From IMG/VR virus record IMGVR_UViG_3300013093_000001, positions 32,001 to 96,000 of that record: a DNA stretch of 64,000 bases. The stretch is one strand, 5' to 3'. Shown piece by piece: positions 10,021-19,847 of this stretch. The notes beneath the pieces are model-generated. The model saw nothing but the letters and a program-made list of their open reading frames with translations, had not been told where the DNA came from and did not search any database. Both the position numbers and the translations under genes were made by a program. Numbering within the stretch: position 1 is the stretch's first letter; each line of letters begins with the position of its first letter. The DNA is from a virus.

Positions 10021-10392
10021 ATGAACCAAAATACTGCGTCAGTAGGTGGTGGCCTGCGGCAAGCGAGAAAACAGCAGGCCGCTAAGAGGACACCAGCCAA
10101 GGTCACGCAACTGCGTACCGACACAGATCAGGCGACAAGCCGCAATGCAGCAAAGCCGCAAAGCAGCAAACGAGCAACCCTGAAGTGGACCTTGTCCGGT
10201 GACGCGAAGGGTCGCAAGCAGGTTCCGGCGACCGCTGTCGCGCCAAACGGTGACCTCTACAGCATTGCCGGGTCCGACAAGCAATGGCGAGCCGATGTCA
10301 TTGATGTCAACAAGAACAAGTCAACCCTGGTGGTGGATGTGGCGTTCGACAAGGCTTACAAAGCCTGCGTGGAACACAGCAAGTCGCCGTAA
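10021..10392 (+). CDS. Basic hypothetical protein (paralog of 37313-37693)
   Basis: ATG 10021 with SD GAAAGGGG; promoter-like TAGCGA-N17-TACCCT at 9951-9979. Confidence 0.6.
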   Translation: MNQNTASVGGGLRQARKQQAAKRTPAKVTQLRTDTDQATSRNAAKPQSSKRATLKWTLSGDAKGRKQVPATAVAPNGDLYSIAGSDKQWRADVIDVNKNKSTLVVDVAFDKAYKACVEHSKSP

Positions 10393-10393
10393 A

Positions 10394-10759
10394 TTGCGGA
10401 TGTGGATGTGCCCGACCCAATGGATGTGTCGGGCACATCTACTAGGAGAACACCGGGAGCTTCATGCCCTGGTAGGCATCATACGGCGCGGGACCAGCTT
10501 AGATGGTTATGCGGCCAATGGTTTGATTGAAACCGGGTCAATCCTCGCTCGACATGAGCAGTTAGTTGCTGAAATGACAAAAAGGGGCTACCAGCACCAC
10601 AGCCCATTGATATATCAGGACGATATATCTTTCGGCGTTGTTGACCGGGAGTCAGCTGCGACAGAATTAGCCAGACGATGCAGCCATTGCAGGAACATGA
10701 TGCCAGTCAAGAACTTACCGGCCACCCAAACCCAGGGCACCCAGTTCGTCATTGAATAG
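10394..10759 (+). CDS. Pyrimidine-dimer DNA glycosylase/endonuclease V-like
   Basis: MRMWM..MCRAHLLGEHRELH..RHEQLVAEMTKRGYQHHSPL signature. Confidence 0.8.
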   Translation: MRMWMCPTQWMCRAHLLGEHRELHALVGIIRRGTSLDGYAANGLIETGSILARHEQLVAEMTKRGYQHHSPLIYQDDISFGVVDRESAATELARRCSHCRNMMPVKNLPATQTQGTQFVIE

Positions 10760-10763
10760 TAGT

Positions 10764-11477
10764 TCAGGTAATTATTCGGGTGTAACCGTTCCAAGCATCT
10801 AAAATATCGCGACAGAAATCCTCTGACCTCCACGCTGGCGGCCCCTCCTCAATCTCTTGGACATAATGCCGTATAGCTGCTCGTCCATCAAAGCCAACGT
10901 CTACGCCCCACACCGTGAAGGCTGCCCACTTGCGGCCACAAGGGGGGCATTTGCCGCAAGCCCTGCCCCTGACCGGCTCATAACAGGAAAACGTGTCTTT
11001 GACCATGCGCTTACCATCAAACCCCCTGGTCAAACATTCTCCGACCAAAGCGGCCTTCGTCAATCTATACACCGGCAACTCAACCTTGACATTTCTCCCG
11101 TCAGGTAACCACCGCTGGACGGCGAATAAATACTCTGTCAGGTTGTTCAACCTGCTGACGAACTCCAAATCCTTGTCGTGGCCGGTACTGCTGTCAACGG
11201 ACCCCATCTGAATCCTGTCACCGTAGTTGGCGGCTACGAGCGCCAATATAGCGTTGCGACCGGGGATGACTTTGGAGTCCTGCAATTCATAATTCCCCAA
11301 TTGGCGCAGGTCAGCTACTTCTAACCGGCCAGTAAATCCAGGTGGCTTCTTAAGCCGACGATACTCCTGCTCCCCGTATCGCCCCCCCATGCGGCAGTAG
11401 AGCAACACGTCAGGCTTTGTCAACAGACTCATGCAATAACTGTCAACCCCACCACTGTAGAGCGCTACAACGGTCAC
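10764..11477 (-). CDS. QueC-like PP-loop ATPase (divergent paralog)
   Basis: SGGVDS, IPGRN and SCY..CGKCPPC zinc motif. Confidence 0.8.
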   Translation of the reverse strand: MTVVALYSGGVDSYCMSLLTKPDVLLYCRMGGRYGEQEYRRLKKPPGFTGRLEVADLRQLGNYELQDSKVIPGRNAILALVAANYGDRIQMGSVDSSTGHDKDLEFVSRLNNLTEYLFAVQRWLPDGRNVKVELPVYRLTKAALVGECLTRGFDGKRMVKDTFSCYEPVRGRACGKCPPCGRKWAAFTVWGVDVGFDGRAAIRHYVQEIEEGPPAWRSEDFCRDILDAWNGYTRIIT

Positions 11478-11614
11478 GGCGACATTCTCTGACTGCTGAC
11501 AGCTTTGAGGGAAGCGTTATCGTTTAAGGCTGCTTCTAACTTAGCCTCAGCCCGCAAACACCTTTGTCGCCACTCGTCTTTTTCTCGTTGCAATTCACAG
11601 TCCATGTCCATGTG

Positions 11615-12235
11615 TCAGCATTCTAGTCCAGCCTCTCGCCGGGACAGGCAAGCACCGCAGTTATTACACGGTCGTTGTTCGCCACGGTAACAGGACCACG
11701 TCAAACCCAGCGGAACATCAGACCAACGTCCCAGCTCAACGATTTGCCGCTTATTGAGATTGATGAGGGGAGCAGATACCTTAACCCCATACGCGGAACG
11801 TCCGGCAGCGTTGAGGAATGCTATAAATTCGGGACGACAATCAGGGTATCCGGCAGCATCGTCGCGGTTACACCCCAATACCACCTCATCGCAGTTACAC
11901 ACGCTGGCGCGAGCTAAAGCTATAGATATAAGTAGCAGGTTGCGTCCCGGTACGAATGTTGCGTCCACTGTCTCAGCGTGCTTGACAGGGATTATGCCCT
12001 GTCCTGTTAAGGCAGATGGTAGCGTCATCGGCAAGGTGACAACTTCATGGACCACGCCGTAGTAATCCGCAATAGCGGCTGCCGCTTCCAGCTCCTTGAC
12101 ATGATTCTGCCCGTAATTGACTGAAAGCGCTAGGTGGACGTTTTTCCTTGCCACTGTCAGATCAAGCGCAACTGTGGAATCGATGCCACCTGATAGCAGT
12201 ACAACCGCTGCGTCAGCCCCTGAAAAGTGGCTCAC
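11615..12235 (-). CDS. queC: 7-cyano-7-deazaguanine synthase QueC
   Basis: LLSGGIDS, YGQNH..E, FVPGRN, YPDCRPEF and TWSCY..CNNCGAC..R. Confidence 0.9.
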   Translation of the reverse strand: MSHFSGADAAVVLLSGGIDSTVALDLTVARKNVHLALSVNYGQNHVKELEAAAAIADYYGVVHEVVTLPMTLPSALTGQGIIPVKHAETVDATFVPGRNLLLISIALARASVCNCDEVVLGCNRDDAAGYPDCRPEFIAFLNAAGRSAYGVKVSAPLINLNKRQIVELGRWSDVPLGLTWSCYRGEQRPCNNCGACLSRREAGLEC

Positions 12236-12845
12236 AGTTCACACTCTCCTCTAGCCATTCAATCAACTTTGGCAAGTTTTTATCAGGACCGAAAATTAAA
12301 AACGTTCCATCTGCACTATCACAACCCAGGTGGTCGGCGTATCGGTAACGGCGGGCTGAGTTGACACGTCCGAAGTGCACCCACATTCCAATGGACTTGG
12401 CGTGAGAAATTACCCGCCGCGCCTGCTGACCCAACTTCCAGGCCGTGGTACCCCCAACAAATAACACATCAAAGGTCGACCAGGGGATTGTGTCCGGCTC
12501 CGCACCATCCTGTGCAACGAAGGCGGCAGGAAAACCTAATTCCCTGATCTTCGGTAACCATTGCTCGGACCGCTCGATGGTTGCGACATGATTACCGACA
12601 ACATCTGGAGCGGTTGCAAACAAACAAGTGTTGAGATGTTTTACCTGCGCCGTCAACCATCGCCACCACCGTGCCTCATCGAAATCTTTTTTGCCAAAGC
12701 AACCGTTATCAGCACACCACTGTGCACCATCAACGCGCTGACATGGGCGCGAAGAATCAGGAGTAGCGATAAAACCTAGCTTCGGCTGGTCTTGCATCGC
12801 ATCCCGTATCGGTTGCGTGGAAGGATTTGCGAAATACAGCATCAC
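12213..12845 (-). CDS. TGT/DpdA-like TIM-barrel (putative base-exchange enzyme)
   Basis: DNGCF, PDVVG, FVGG, HFGRVN and DSADGT motifs; adjacent to queC. Confidence 0.6.
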   Translation of the reverse strand: MMLYFANPSTQPIRDAMQDQPKLGFIATPDSSRPCQRVDGAQWCADNGCFGKKDFDEARWWRWLTAQVKHLNTCLFATAPDVVGNHVATIERSEQWLPKIRELGFPAAFVAQDGAEPDTIPWSTFDVLFVGGTTAWKLGQQARRVISHAKSIGMWVHFGRVNSARRYRYADHLGCDSADGTFLIFGPDKNLPKLIEWLEESVNCEPLFRG

Positions 12846-13156
12846 GTCAACTTTTCAAAAGCCACGGTAAAGCCAGTGAGGGGACGATTAGGGTTACCGT
12901 CACTGCGTATCGGGTTGCGCTGATCGACCCTTTTGTAAACCTCGTAAGCAGATTCCGTAGTGAACACCGTGGCGTCAGAAAGACGCTTAGTTGTCACCAT
13001 GTGGCATTGCATCGGTCGGCCAGTAATAGGCTCCAGTCCCGGTCTATCTGGGTCATACTCTACCAGATACTGGCCGTCGAAGGCTGTTGGCGTACCATTG
13101 ACAAGACCAATCACGCGTATGACAACCCTGTCATCTCGTTCTACAAACCCCGTCAC
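12842..13156 (-). CDS. Hypothetical protein
   Basis: In operon with overlapping start/stop; IRSDGNPNRPLTGFTV motif. Confidence 0.55.
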   Translation of the reverse strand: MTGFVERDDRVVIRVIGLVNGTPTAFDGQYLVEYDPDRPGLEPITGRPMQCHMVTTKRLSDATVFTTESAYEVYKRVDQRNPIRSDGNPNRPLTGFTVAFEKLT

Positions 13157-13365
13157 GCTGGCCTCAAAACAAGTGCTTGACCGTGTCCGAATCCCAGTTC
13201 ACACTGAAATTGGTTGAAGTGAAAACGGCAGACATAAGCCCACGTCCCAGGACGGTCACCGACAGCCAACTTCGCATCCGCGTAGGCCGCGACCTTAATG
13301 CCGCGCTGCGCCTCACAGATATCACAGGACGGTCTGACCTTGACTATTGTGTATTTGCTACCCAC
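13153..13365 (-). CDS. Small Cys-containing hypothetical protein
   Basis: CDIC..YADAK..WAYVC..LGFGHGQ phage motif. Confidence 0.6.
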   Translation of the reverse strand: MGSKYTIVKVRPSCDICEAQRGIKVAAYADAKLAVGDRPGTWAYVCRFHFNQFQCELGFGHGQALVLRPA

Positions 13366-13680
13366 CTACTCCCTCTCTGCTAATCTTTTTTCGCGCCGGT
13401 AGTCCCTCATCCATTTGCGGCATAAATCACACCGGCAGCGTAGGCTTGAGTACCCGGTTGAGGTCCCATGCATCTCAGGACTCAATACTTGGCGTTCGCG
13501 CCAGTCCTCAATCTGACCGTACTGCCTGGTACGACGACATCTGTCTGAGCAAGTGACGGGTTTGCGGCCCAACTGACCGGCTGGAACTACAAATGACGTG
13601 GCGCAAACGGTGCACGACCGCTCTGCGTCGAAGCTTCTTGGTTTGCGCTGACGGGGTCGCGGTTCAGACGGTTGTGTCAT
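13366..13680 (-). CDS. Zn-finger hypothetical protein
   Basis: CTVC..CSDRC and HGT..GY...CRCDLC. Confidence 0.6.
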   Translation of the reverse strand: MTQPSEPRPRQRKPRSFDAERSCTVCATSFVVPAGQLGRKPVTCSDRCRRTRQYGQIEDWRERQVLSPEMHGTSTGYSSLRCRCDLCRKWMRDYRREKRLAERE

Positions 13681-13808
13681 TTAATGACTCCTTTCTTGTT
13701 TGTCCAAGTCACGCTACCGTATCTAGTCAGATTTGTCATTGTCGGCAGAAGCCGTTGAGAAGCCGCCGGGGAGGAGGTTGTACCCGGCGGCTGCCCAACG
13801 GCTCCTGG

Positions 13809-14036
13809 TCAGCCGCAGTCGCCTCGTATGATCGGCCAGTTGGTGGAACGCCAAGCTCTCCACTCGTTAAATCGGCCATCGTTGCGCTGCAACCCCTGAC
13901 GTATCTCGTCCTGTGATAGACCCAGGTTGTACGCGCCGCAAACCTCTGCAGTGGTTTGGTCGTCACTATCAGCTCGCGCTGGTATTGACAAAACCAATGA
14001 CAATGCAGCGGCGACTCCCACCGCAATAACTCTCAT
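13809..14036 (-). CDS. Small secreted protein
   Basis: Signal peptide ending ARA-D; Cys pair; SD AGGAG. Confidence 0.6.
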   Translation of the reverse strand: MRVIAVGVAAALSLVLSIPARADSDDQTTAEVCGAYNLGLSQDEIRQGLQRNDGRFNEWRAWRSTNWPIIRGDCG

Positions 14037-14084
14037 AACTAACTCCTACCTGTCGTCAGCGACCCTTTGCCGCCGTACACCACT

Positions 14085-14113
14085 ATTTTAGCTTGCCGGG
14101 TGTTGGTTCACCA
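14085..14113 (-). promoter_or_regulatory. Promoter TGGTGA-N17-TAAAAT
   Basis: Same hexamers and spacing as upstream of ku; followed by hairpin CGGCGGC-AAAGG-GTCGCTG. Confidence 0.55.
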
Positions 14114-14209
14114 TAGCCAAATCCCACTTGTTAACCGAGAGTCCAACGCGGCGTCCGTTGAACGTCAGTCCCATCAGCTATGCTGAGTCTGACTGGGAGG
14201 AAAGAACAC

Positions 14210-14965
14210 ATGGCTTACAAACTCGGGCTGCAGCCGCCAAAACCAGGCGCTGTCCGCTTGCGACTCGCCACCTACCTGGACTTCCGCATGCTCCCCACAC
14301 CTCCACAGGAGTTCGGCCACTACAGCAAAATCAATGAGTGGGGCATGCTCGCTAATGACCAGTACGGCGACTGCGCCCTAGCCGGGGCATGCCACCAGAC
14401 CATGCTGTATACGGCAGAGGGCGGTACACCAGCGCCATTCAACGACAAAGCCGCGCTGGCTAACTACTCTGCCGTCACCGGCTTCAACGCCGACGACCCC
14501 AGTAGCGACCAGGGCACCCAGGTGGGCGCTCTGGCAGATTACTGGCTGCGGCAAGGGATCGTCGACGCTGCCGGGAAGCGCCACCAGGTTGTCGCCATCG
14601 CTGACATGAACCCCGGCGACCTGAGAGAACTGTGGATCGCAACCTACCTTTTCCAAGCTGTCGGCCTCGGTTTTGCTCTGCCGGAAAGCGCGATGGATCA
14701 GACGCGGGACGGCAAAGTGTGGGACGTGGTTCCCGGTGCAGACATTGTCGGCGGCCATTACGTTCCCTGCTTCGGCAGGTCCAACGGTAACGGCATTGGC
14801 GTGACATGGGGCGCTTTGCAACCCTTCACACCCGACTTTTACCGGACCTACAACAACCAGGGACTCTGCGTGCTGAGCGAAGAAATGATGGTCAACGCCA
14901 AAAGCATCGACGGTATTGACGATCAACTCCTCCGCGCCGACATTGCCGCCATGCAGGCAGGGTGA
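14210..14965 (+). CDS. Papain-like cysteine peptidase in the lysis region
   Basis: NDQYGDCA (Cys), GGHYV (His) and VTWG; SD GGGAGG before ATG 14210. Confidence 0.65.
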   Translation: MAYKLGLQPPKPGAVRLRLATYLDFRMLPTPPQEFGHYSKINEWGMLANDQYGDCALAGACHQTMLYTAEGGTPAPFNDKAALANYSAVTGFNADDPSSDQGTQVGALADYWLRQGIVDAAGKRHQVVAIADMNPGDLRELWIATYLFQAVGLGFALPESAMDQTRDGKVWDVVPGADIVGGHYVPCFGRSNGNGIGVTWGALQPFTPDFYRTYNNQGLCVLSEEMMVNAKSIDGIDDQLLRADIAAMQAG

Positions 14966-14966
14966 C

Positions 14967-15419
14967 ATGCCCAACTGGTTGAGCCGCCTACAGGTTAAAA
15001 AACCCGACACACCAGCACATGACGGAAGAATCACTCATTCTTACGTCATCCATTACCCGGCACACCCGCCGAGGGACGGCGACCCCCACTACAAGGACTT
15101 TGAGGCGTTTAGGAAACGAACGAAGGACACGGCGCAATGCGCTATCGGCAGCCACCGCGAAGACTTCTCAGAATGCCAGGGCAGTTTAGAACTACACCAC
15201 TGTCATGTAGAATTCAGTTTGCAGAATGGCATCGACCTGAAGTGGCTGGAAACCGACTACCCTGGCATCAGCGACCCCGACACTGTCGGGGCTTGGGTTG
15301 AGTCAGCGAACAACCTGCTGTACCTATGTGAATACCACCATAGAGGCCACGGCGGTGTCCACGTTGCCAGCGCCAGCGACTATGAGGCTGAGAAGTACGT
15401 CAGAGGATTGATTTCGTGA
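14967..15419 (+). CDS. HNH-like protein
   Basis: LELHH..NLLYLCEYHHRG..GVH. Confidence 0.6.
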   Translation: MPNWLSRLQVKKPDTPAHDGRITHSYVIHYPAHPPRDGDPHYKDFEAFRKRTKDTAQCAIGSHREDFSECQGSLELHHCHVEFSLQNGIDLKWLETDYPGISDPDTVGAWVESANNLLYLCEYHHRGHGGVHVASASDYEAEKYVRGLIS

Positions 15420-15432
15420 GAGGAGAGGAATA

Positions 15433-16782
15433 ATGCCGCTACTGAGAAGCAACGTGGAGTTCGCTAAGCGCGTTTTCCTCGACCGCCTGACCACCGATCA
15501 GCAGGGTCTTTACCAGGCAGACGATAACGATGCAGGACCGGGCGATGTTTATGACTATGCTGGCTGCTACGACCCCGATAACCTCGGTGTGGGCGCAGAC
15601 TGCTCTGGCTCGGCTGGCATCTTCATCGGCGCAGCATTCAACGGACCTGACGGGTTGCAGTGGATCAGGCAATTTTGCACAGAAACATTCCCCGGTTCGT
15701 TCCTCGGCTTCCGTCAAACCACGCAGGAAGATTTAGTCAACAACTACTATCCGATTAAAGTCTGCATTGAGCATGGCGGCGGTGGACCCAACAGCCACAT
15801 GAACTGCTCCATCGACGGCATCGTCATGGAATCAAACGGTGACTACGGTACCTGCACCCTGGACCACGGCGCAATCCCGCAGGACAGCGACTTTTGGAAT
15901 GACTGGTGGGTGTTTGATGGACCCATACAGGAGGACACCACCTACCGCTGCCCCATGGAGTACCCGCAGGGTGTTGACTACGCCGGGGGCACCATCGGTG
16001 CGTTGGATTTGCGAGAAGCTGGAATCAGTTTCGTATGCCGTTACTTGACGGACGGCGGCGCATCCTTACCGGGTAAACAATTGCAGCGACAGGAGTTCCT
16101 TGACCTGTGCGCTAACGGAATCAGCATTGTTTTCAACTGGGAAACCACAGCCGACTTCATGCTCAACGGCTACGACCAGGGCGTGAGTGACGCGCAGCAG
16201 GCACTCGACTACATTCGCTCCCTTCCTGGTGCACCGTCACAACCCGTCGTCTACTTTTCTGCCGACTTTGATGAAACGCCTGACCAGGACTCCGTGGTGT
16301 GGGAGTACATGGCTGGCGCTAACAGCGTCTTGGGCACCAATGCACAAGGAAAAATGTGCGCCGGTATATACGGCGACTACTGGGTTTGCTCGCGAGCTTT
16401 GGATGCCAATGTGGCTGACTATGTGTGGCAGACAGAGGCGTGGAGTGGCGGCAATGTCACCGGGTCGGTCAACATCTTCCAAAGGAATTCTCTAGGCTAC
16501 CGCGACTTTAACGGCATCCAATGCGACATTGATGAAGCACACACTGACGACTTTGGTCAATTCACACCAGGAGGAATCATGCCAGAAAAACCGACCGATC
16601 TCATCCTCGACCAACTGGAGGGACCGCTGGGACCGGATGGCAGCCGTCAAGGCTGGCCGCAACTCGGCAACCGCAGTGTCGTAGATTACCTGGCCCAAGT
16701 CGTTGGACCAGCACTGCAACAAATCCAGGCCAGCCTCACGTCCGTGCACGTCCGCTCACCTTTCTCTAAGGACAAAAAATGA
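15433..16782 (+). CDS. lysA: Lysin A (NlpC/P60-like peptidase plus DUF1906/GH25-like glycosidase)
   Basis: ADCSG..SHM; GVDYA..FVCRYL..VYFSADFD..WQTEAWS; C-terminal GWPQLGNRSVVD motif of mycobacteriophage lysins. Confidence 0.85.
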   Translation: MPLLRSNVEFAKRVFLDRLTTDQQGLYQADDNDAGPGDVYDYAGCYDPDNLGVGADCSGSAGIFIGAAFNGPDGLQWIRQFCTETFPGSFLGFRQTTQEDLVNNYYPIKVCIEHGGGGPNSHMNCSIDGIVMESNGDYGTCTLDHGAIPQDSDFWNDWWVFDGPIQEDTTYRCPMEYPQGVDYAGGTIGALDLREAGISFVCRYLTDGGASLPGKQLQRQEFLDLCANGISIVFNWETTADFMLNGYDQGVSDAQQALDYIRSLPGAPSQPVVYFSADFDETPDQDSVVWEYMAGANSVLGTNAQGKMCAGIYGDYWVCSRALDANVADYVWQTEAWSGGNVTGSVNIFQRNSLGYRDFNGIQCDIDEAHTDDFGQFTPGGIMPEKPTDLILDQLEGPLGPDGSRQGWPQLGNRSVVDYLAQVVGPALQQIQASLTSVHVRSPFSKDKK

Positions 16783-17129
16783 CCTCTCCCAACGCCGACG
16801 CCACCCCGCAGAGCGTGTCGGACAAGCTGGACGGCATCAACGCCAACGGCAACCAGGAACCCTACGACGTTGTCGCCATGCTCTATGACGCCAATCTCCT
16901 GGGACTCGCCAAGGACTACGCCTTCCCCGAGGGCAGCAACACGTCCAGTTCCGCACTCGACCACGTCAACACGCTGGCAAAAATCCTCACAAGGACACAC
17001 AAGCACGCTGACGGGAACAGCTACGACGCATGGGACGCTCTGCAAACCTGCCTGAAGTGGGTATTGACCCAAAACCTACACATCAACGATGACGAAAAGG
17101 ACTCTGTCAACTACAAGGGTGTCAAGTAG
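16779..17129 (+). CDS. Hypothetical protein in the lysis cassette
   Basis: Coupled between lysA and lysB. Confidence 0.6.
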   Translation: MTSPNADATPQSVSDKLDGINANGNQEPYDVVAMLYDANLLGLAKDYAFPEGSNTSSSALDHVNTLAKILTRTHKHADGNSYDAWDALQTCLKWVLTQNLHINDDEKDSVNYKGVK

Positions 17130-17971
17130 TGGTACAGCCCCTGCTGTTGACCGTTAACGGTACCGGTGTTCCCGATCCTTACGGACCGGGCTTTTCCTCT
17201 GACTTGGGGCGCATGCTGCAAGTCAATCCATGGCAAGTCATTGCCGACAAGCTCGATGGACTCGTTTCACCCGCAGCGCCAGTACAGTGGCAGCCCATCG
17301 GCTACCCCGCCGCTGTCGTCCCGATGGGTCCGAGCGTGGAAGCCGGTAGAGCCGAAGTGGTACGGCAGATTAAGCTAAGGCCAGCCGGTACGCCTTTATT
17401 CCTCTCTGGCTACAGCCAAGGCGCTATCGTCACCGGCCAAGTATGGGCACTCGACATTCTTGCACCCAGCGGCTCCCTACACAGCCGCCTACCGGACGTA
17501 CTTGGTGTCATTCAATTCGGTGACCCCCTGCGCTGTCCCGGTAAGGCGAACGGCAATTTGGTTGCCGGAATCCCCATGCCCAAGGACTTAGATGGTCAGG
17601 TCACTGGCGGCATCGCCGGTCCCGCTGACCTAACTCCTAGTCAAACGCCTGACTTCCTGCTGTCCTGCGCGTTGGACGGCGACCTATACGCGTCAGCACC
17701 TGTTGGAAATTCTCCCTGGAATGCGGAGTCCAAGGTGGGAAACGTCGAGACGTCAATCTATAACATTATTGAACAACCGACGTTTACCGATATCATCGCC
17801 GTGGCGCGTGACCTCCTAATGCCAATTGCCACCGTAGAGGGAGCAATGAACGCACTGATGTTCTTCGCTGCCGGTACAAACGCCCCGCATTGGCAATATC
17901 AACCATTCCTACCAGCTATCATCGACTGGATCACTAGTCGCATTAAAGAAAGAGGAACAAGTAATGTCTGA
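17129..17971 (+). CDS. lysB: Lysin B (cutinase-like esterase)
   Basis: TVNGTG, WQPIGYPA, GYSQGA, FGDP, GDLYA and PH motifs. Confidence 0.9.
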   Translation: MVQPLLLTVNGTGVPDPYGPGFSSDLGRMLQVNPWQVIADKLDGLVSPAAPVQWQPIGYPAAVVPMGPSVEAGRAEVVRQIKLRPAGTPLFLSGYSQGAIVTGQVWALDILAPSGSLHSRLPDVLGVIQFGDPLRCPGKANGNLVAGIPMPKDLDGQVTGGIAGPADLTPSQTPDFLLSCALDGDLYASAPVGNSPWNAESKVGNVETSIYNIIEQPTFTDIIAVARDLLMPIATVEGAMNALMFFAAGTNAPHWQYQPFLPAIIDWITSRIKERGTSNV

Positions 17972-18164
17972 CAATTTTTCCCTCGGCGCAGTAGACCCGG
18001 CTACGATTGCCAAGCAGCTGGATGAGGCAATCGTTGGACTCAACGCCGTGATCGGCGTACTGGAAACACTGCCGATCATCCCCGAATCGTTGCAGAAAAA
18101 CTTGGTGGAAGCCCAGCATGTCCTGGCTGTCATCAAGCAAATTCTGGACAAAGTTGCATCGTGA
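17964..18164 (+). CDS. Small helical protein
   Basis: SD AGAGG; coupled to neighbouring genes. Confidence 0.55.
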   Translation: MSDNFSLGAVDPATIAKQLDEAIVGLNAVIGVLETLPIIPESLQKNLVEAQHVLAVIKQILDKVAS

Positions 18165-18484
18165 CCACACCGGTCATCCCACATAGCCTCTCGTCACTGG
18201 CCTTCTGGCTAGACACGACAGAACGGGCACTCCGTAGCTTCGCGCAGGGTACCCTAGCGGCTCTCGGCGTGGGCAGTACCAGCCATGTTGCGCCGGGGGT
18301 GTCAGTACCCTGGGATGCCGCGCTGGCATTCGGTGGCATCTTAGCCATCATGTCCGTCCTGACTTCTATTGCCAGCATTGCTGTACCCGGTAGCGACCCG
18401 CAAAATGGTTCTTTCTTCCCGCCTTACCCGGTACCGGAGGTTAAGATGGCAATGTGGTGGCGGCGACTTATCAGGAGGAAGTGA
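18161..18484 (+). CDS. Holin (r1t-like)
   Basis: FWLDTTERALRSFAQ..SVLTSIAS with two TM segments. Confidence 0.8.
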   Translation: MTTPVIPHSLSSLAFWLDTTERALRSFAQGTLAALGVGSTSHVAPGVSVPWDAALAFGGILAIMSVLTSIASIAVPGSDPQNGSFFPPYPVPEVKMAMWWRRLIRRK

Positions 18485-18869
18485 TTTGCTCTGGCATCAA
18501 AAGCTGTTAGCCAGATTCACTGCTTGGTTCGGTTCTGGTGGCGGCGTCATCCAAACCTTCATAGCAACCGTCGTCGTTGTGGCCTTGGAATTTCTATTCC
18601 CACAGCTTGACAAGCATGGCATCTGGTTGCTGTACTGGCTTACAATCTATTCTGCCGTGACGCAGCCAGCCTTGGCGCACGCTGGCGCGGAGAGTAACAA
18701 ACTCCTACACAAAGTACTTCTCAACCAAGGCGAAATGCTCGCCAATCAGAGCAAGATTTTAGACCGCATAGAACACATGCTGCATGAGGACACGGTGCTG
18801 GACCGCCGAACTCACGACCTCGTCCAAGCCATACACGCTTCCGTCGACACCAGTAAGAAAAGACGTTAG
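18481..18869 (+). CDS. Membrane protein (DUF1003-like)
   Basis: Two TM helices and YSAVTQP; SD AGGAGG before GTG 18481. Confidence 0.55.
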
Positions 18870-18925
18870 TAGCTTCCACTAGCGTACTTGCCAGTACACG
18901 GCTAAAGGCGTGAGAACATAGAGTT

Positions 18926-19549
18926 GTGTACGCCGCAGATTTGCCGACACCCGTAGTCACAGGCGATCTTGCAGTATTGATTGCCGTGCTAGGCCATAGT
19001 TGGCTGACATGGATTCTATTCGTCGTCGTCCTGTGGCTCCTGATCACACGGCTGGCAGAGACTTATGAAGGCGCTGCTAAACTCCTCGGACCATTCGGTA
19101 AGCGCGTCATGCGCGGCTACCAGCAACGCCACAGCGAAAGATACATGCACGATGTTGCGGAGCAAGCAAAGGTTATTGCGGCAAAGCTGGAGGCAGACGG
19201 CATACCGGCAGACTATGAACTGGTCAAGACCCAGTTGGACAACGTCATCACCAGGGTCACCGACTTAGAAGTAGAGAATGCAGCACTTCGATCCTTCGTC
19301 GTCTACGACGAGCAATGGCACTTCGCCGTTCTCCTTCAAGCGGCGCAGAACGGGTCGGCCCCGAATTTCCCCATCAGGCTGACTTGGTTAGAGTTCCGAG
19401 AGAAATGGCGGCAGGGTTGGCGGCCTCCAGCTGGTCCACCGACTGAGCTAAAGACCTACGTCGCAGACGTAGGGAAGGCGGCTCGCCGCGCTGCCCGTCA
19501 AGCGCAGGTTCACGAGGAAGATTTACCAGGTGAATACGCTAGCGACTAA
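18926..19549 (+). CDS. Membrane protein with coiled coil (lysis-associated)
   Basis: N-terminal TM, KLLGPFG motif and coiled coil. Confidence 0.6.
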   Translation: MYAADLPTPVVTGDLAVLIAVLGHSWLTWILFVVVLWLLITRLAETYEGAAKLLGPFGKRVMRGYQQRHSERYMHDVAEQAKVIAAKLEADGIPADYELVKTQLDNVITRVTDLEVENAALRSFVVYDEQWHFAVLLQAAQNGSAPNFPIRLTWLEFREKWRQGWRPPAGPPTELKTYVADVGKAARRAARQAQVHEEDLPGEYASD

Positions 19550-19841
19550 AAATCACCGCGACGAGGTTCTGCTCAACACCTTTGCTGTCGTTTTGATAGA
19601 AGCGTCAACGGGTCGCATCATTTACGCCAATGATCAGATGTCCAATATGACCGGGCTGAAATTAGATGACCTGATGGGCTGCTACATAGCAGACATACTC
19701 GCAAAAGACAGCGTCTTTGAAAACGGACAAGTTCACATCAAACACAGGGACGGTACTACCCTCCCTGCGTGGGTCGCGCTAGACCGCAATATGAAATATG
19801 CACCTAAATACATCGCCGCCGCGCTGCTGCCCGCAATTTGA
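19530..19841 (+). CDS. Stand-alone PAS-domain protein
   Basis: GRIIYANDQMSNMTG...DLMG..I.DIL..KHRDGT. Confidence 0.75.
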   Translation: MNTLATKNHRDEVLLNTFAVVLIEASTGRIIYANDQMSNMTGLKLDDLMGCYIADILAKDSVFENGQVHIKHRDGTTLPAWVALDRNMKYAPKYIAAALLPAI

Positions 19842-19847
19842 AAATCT

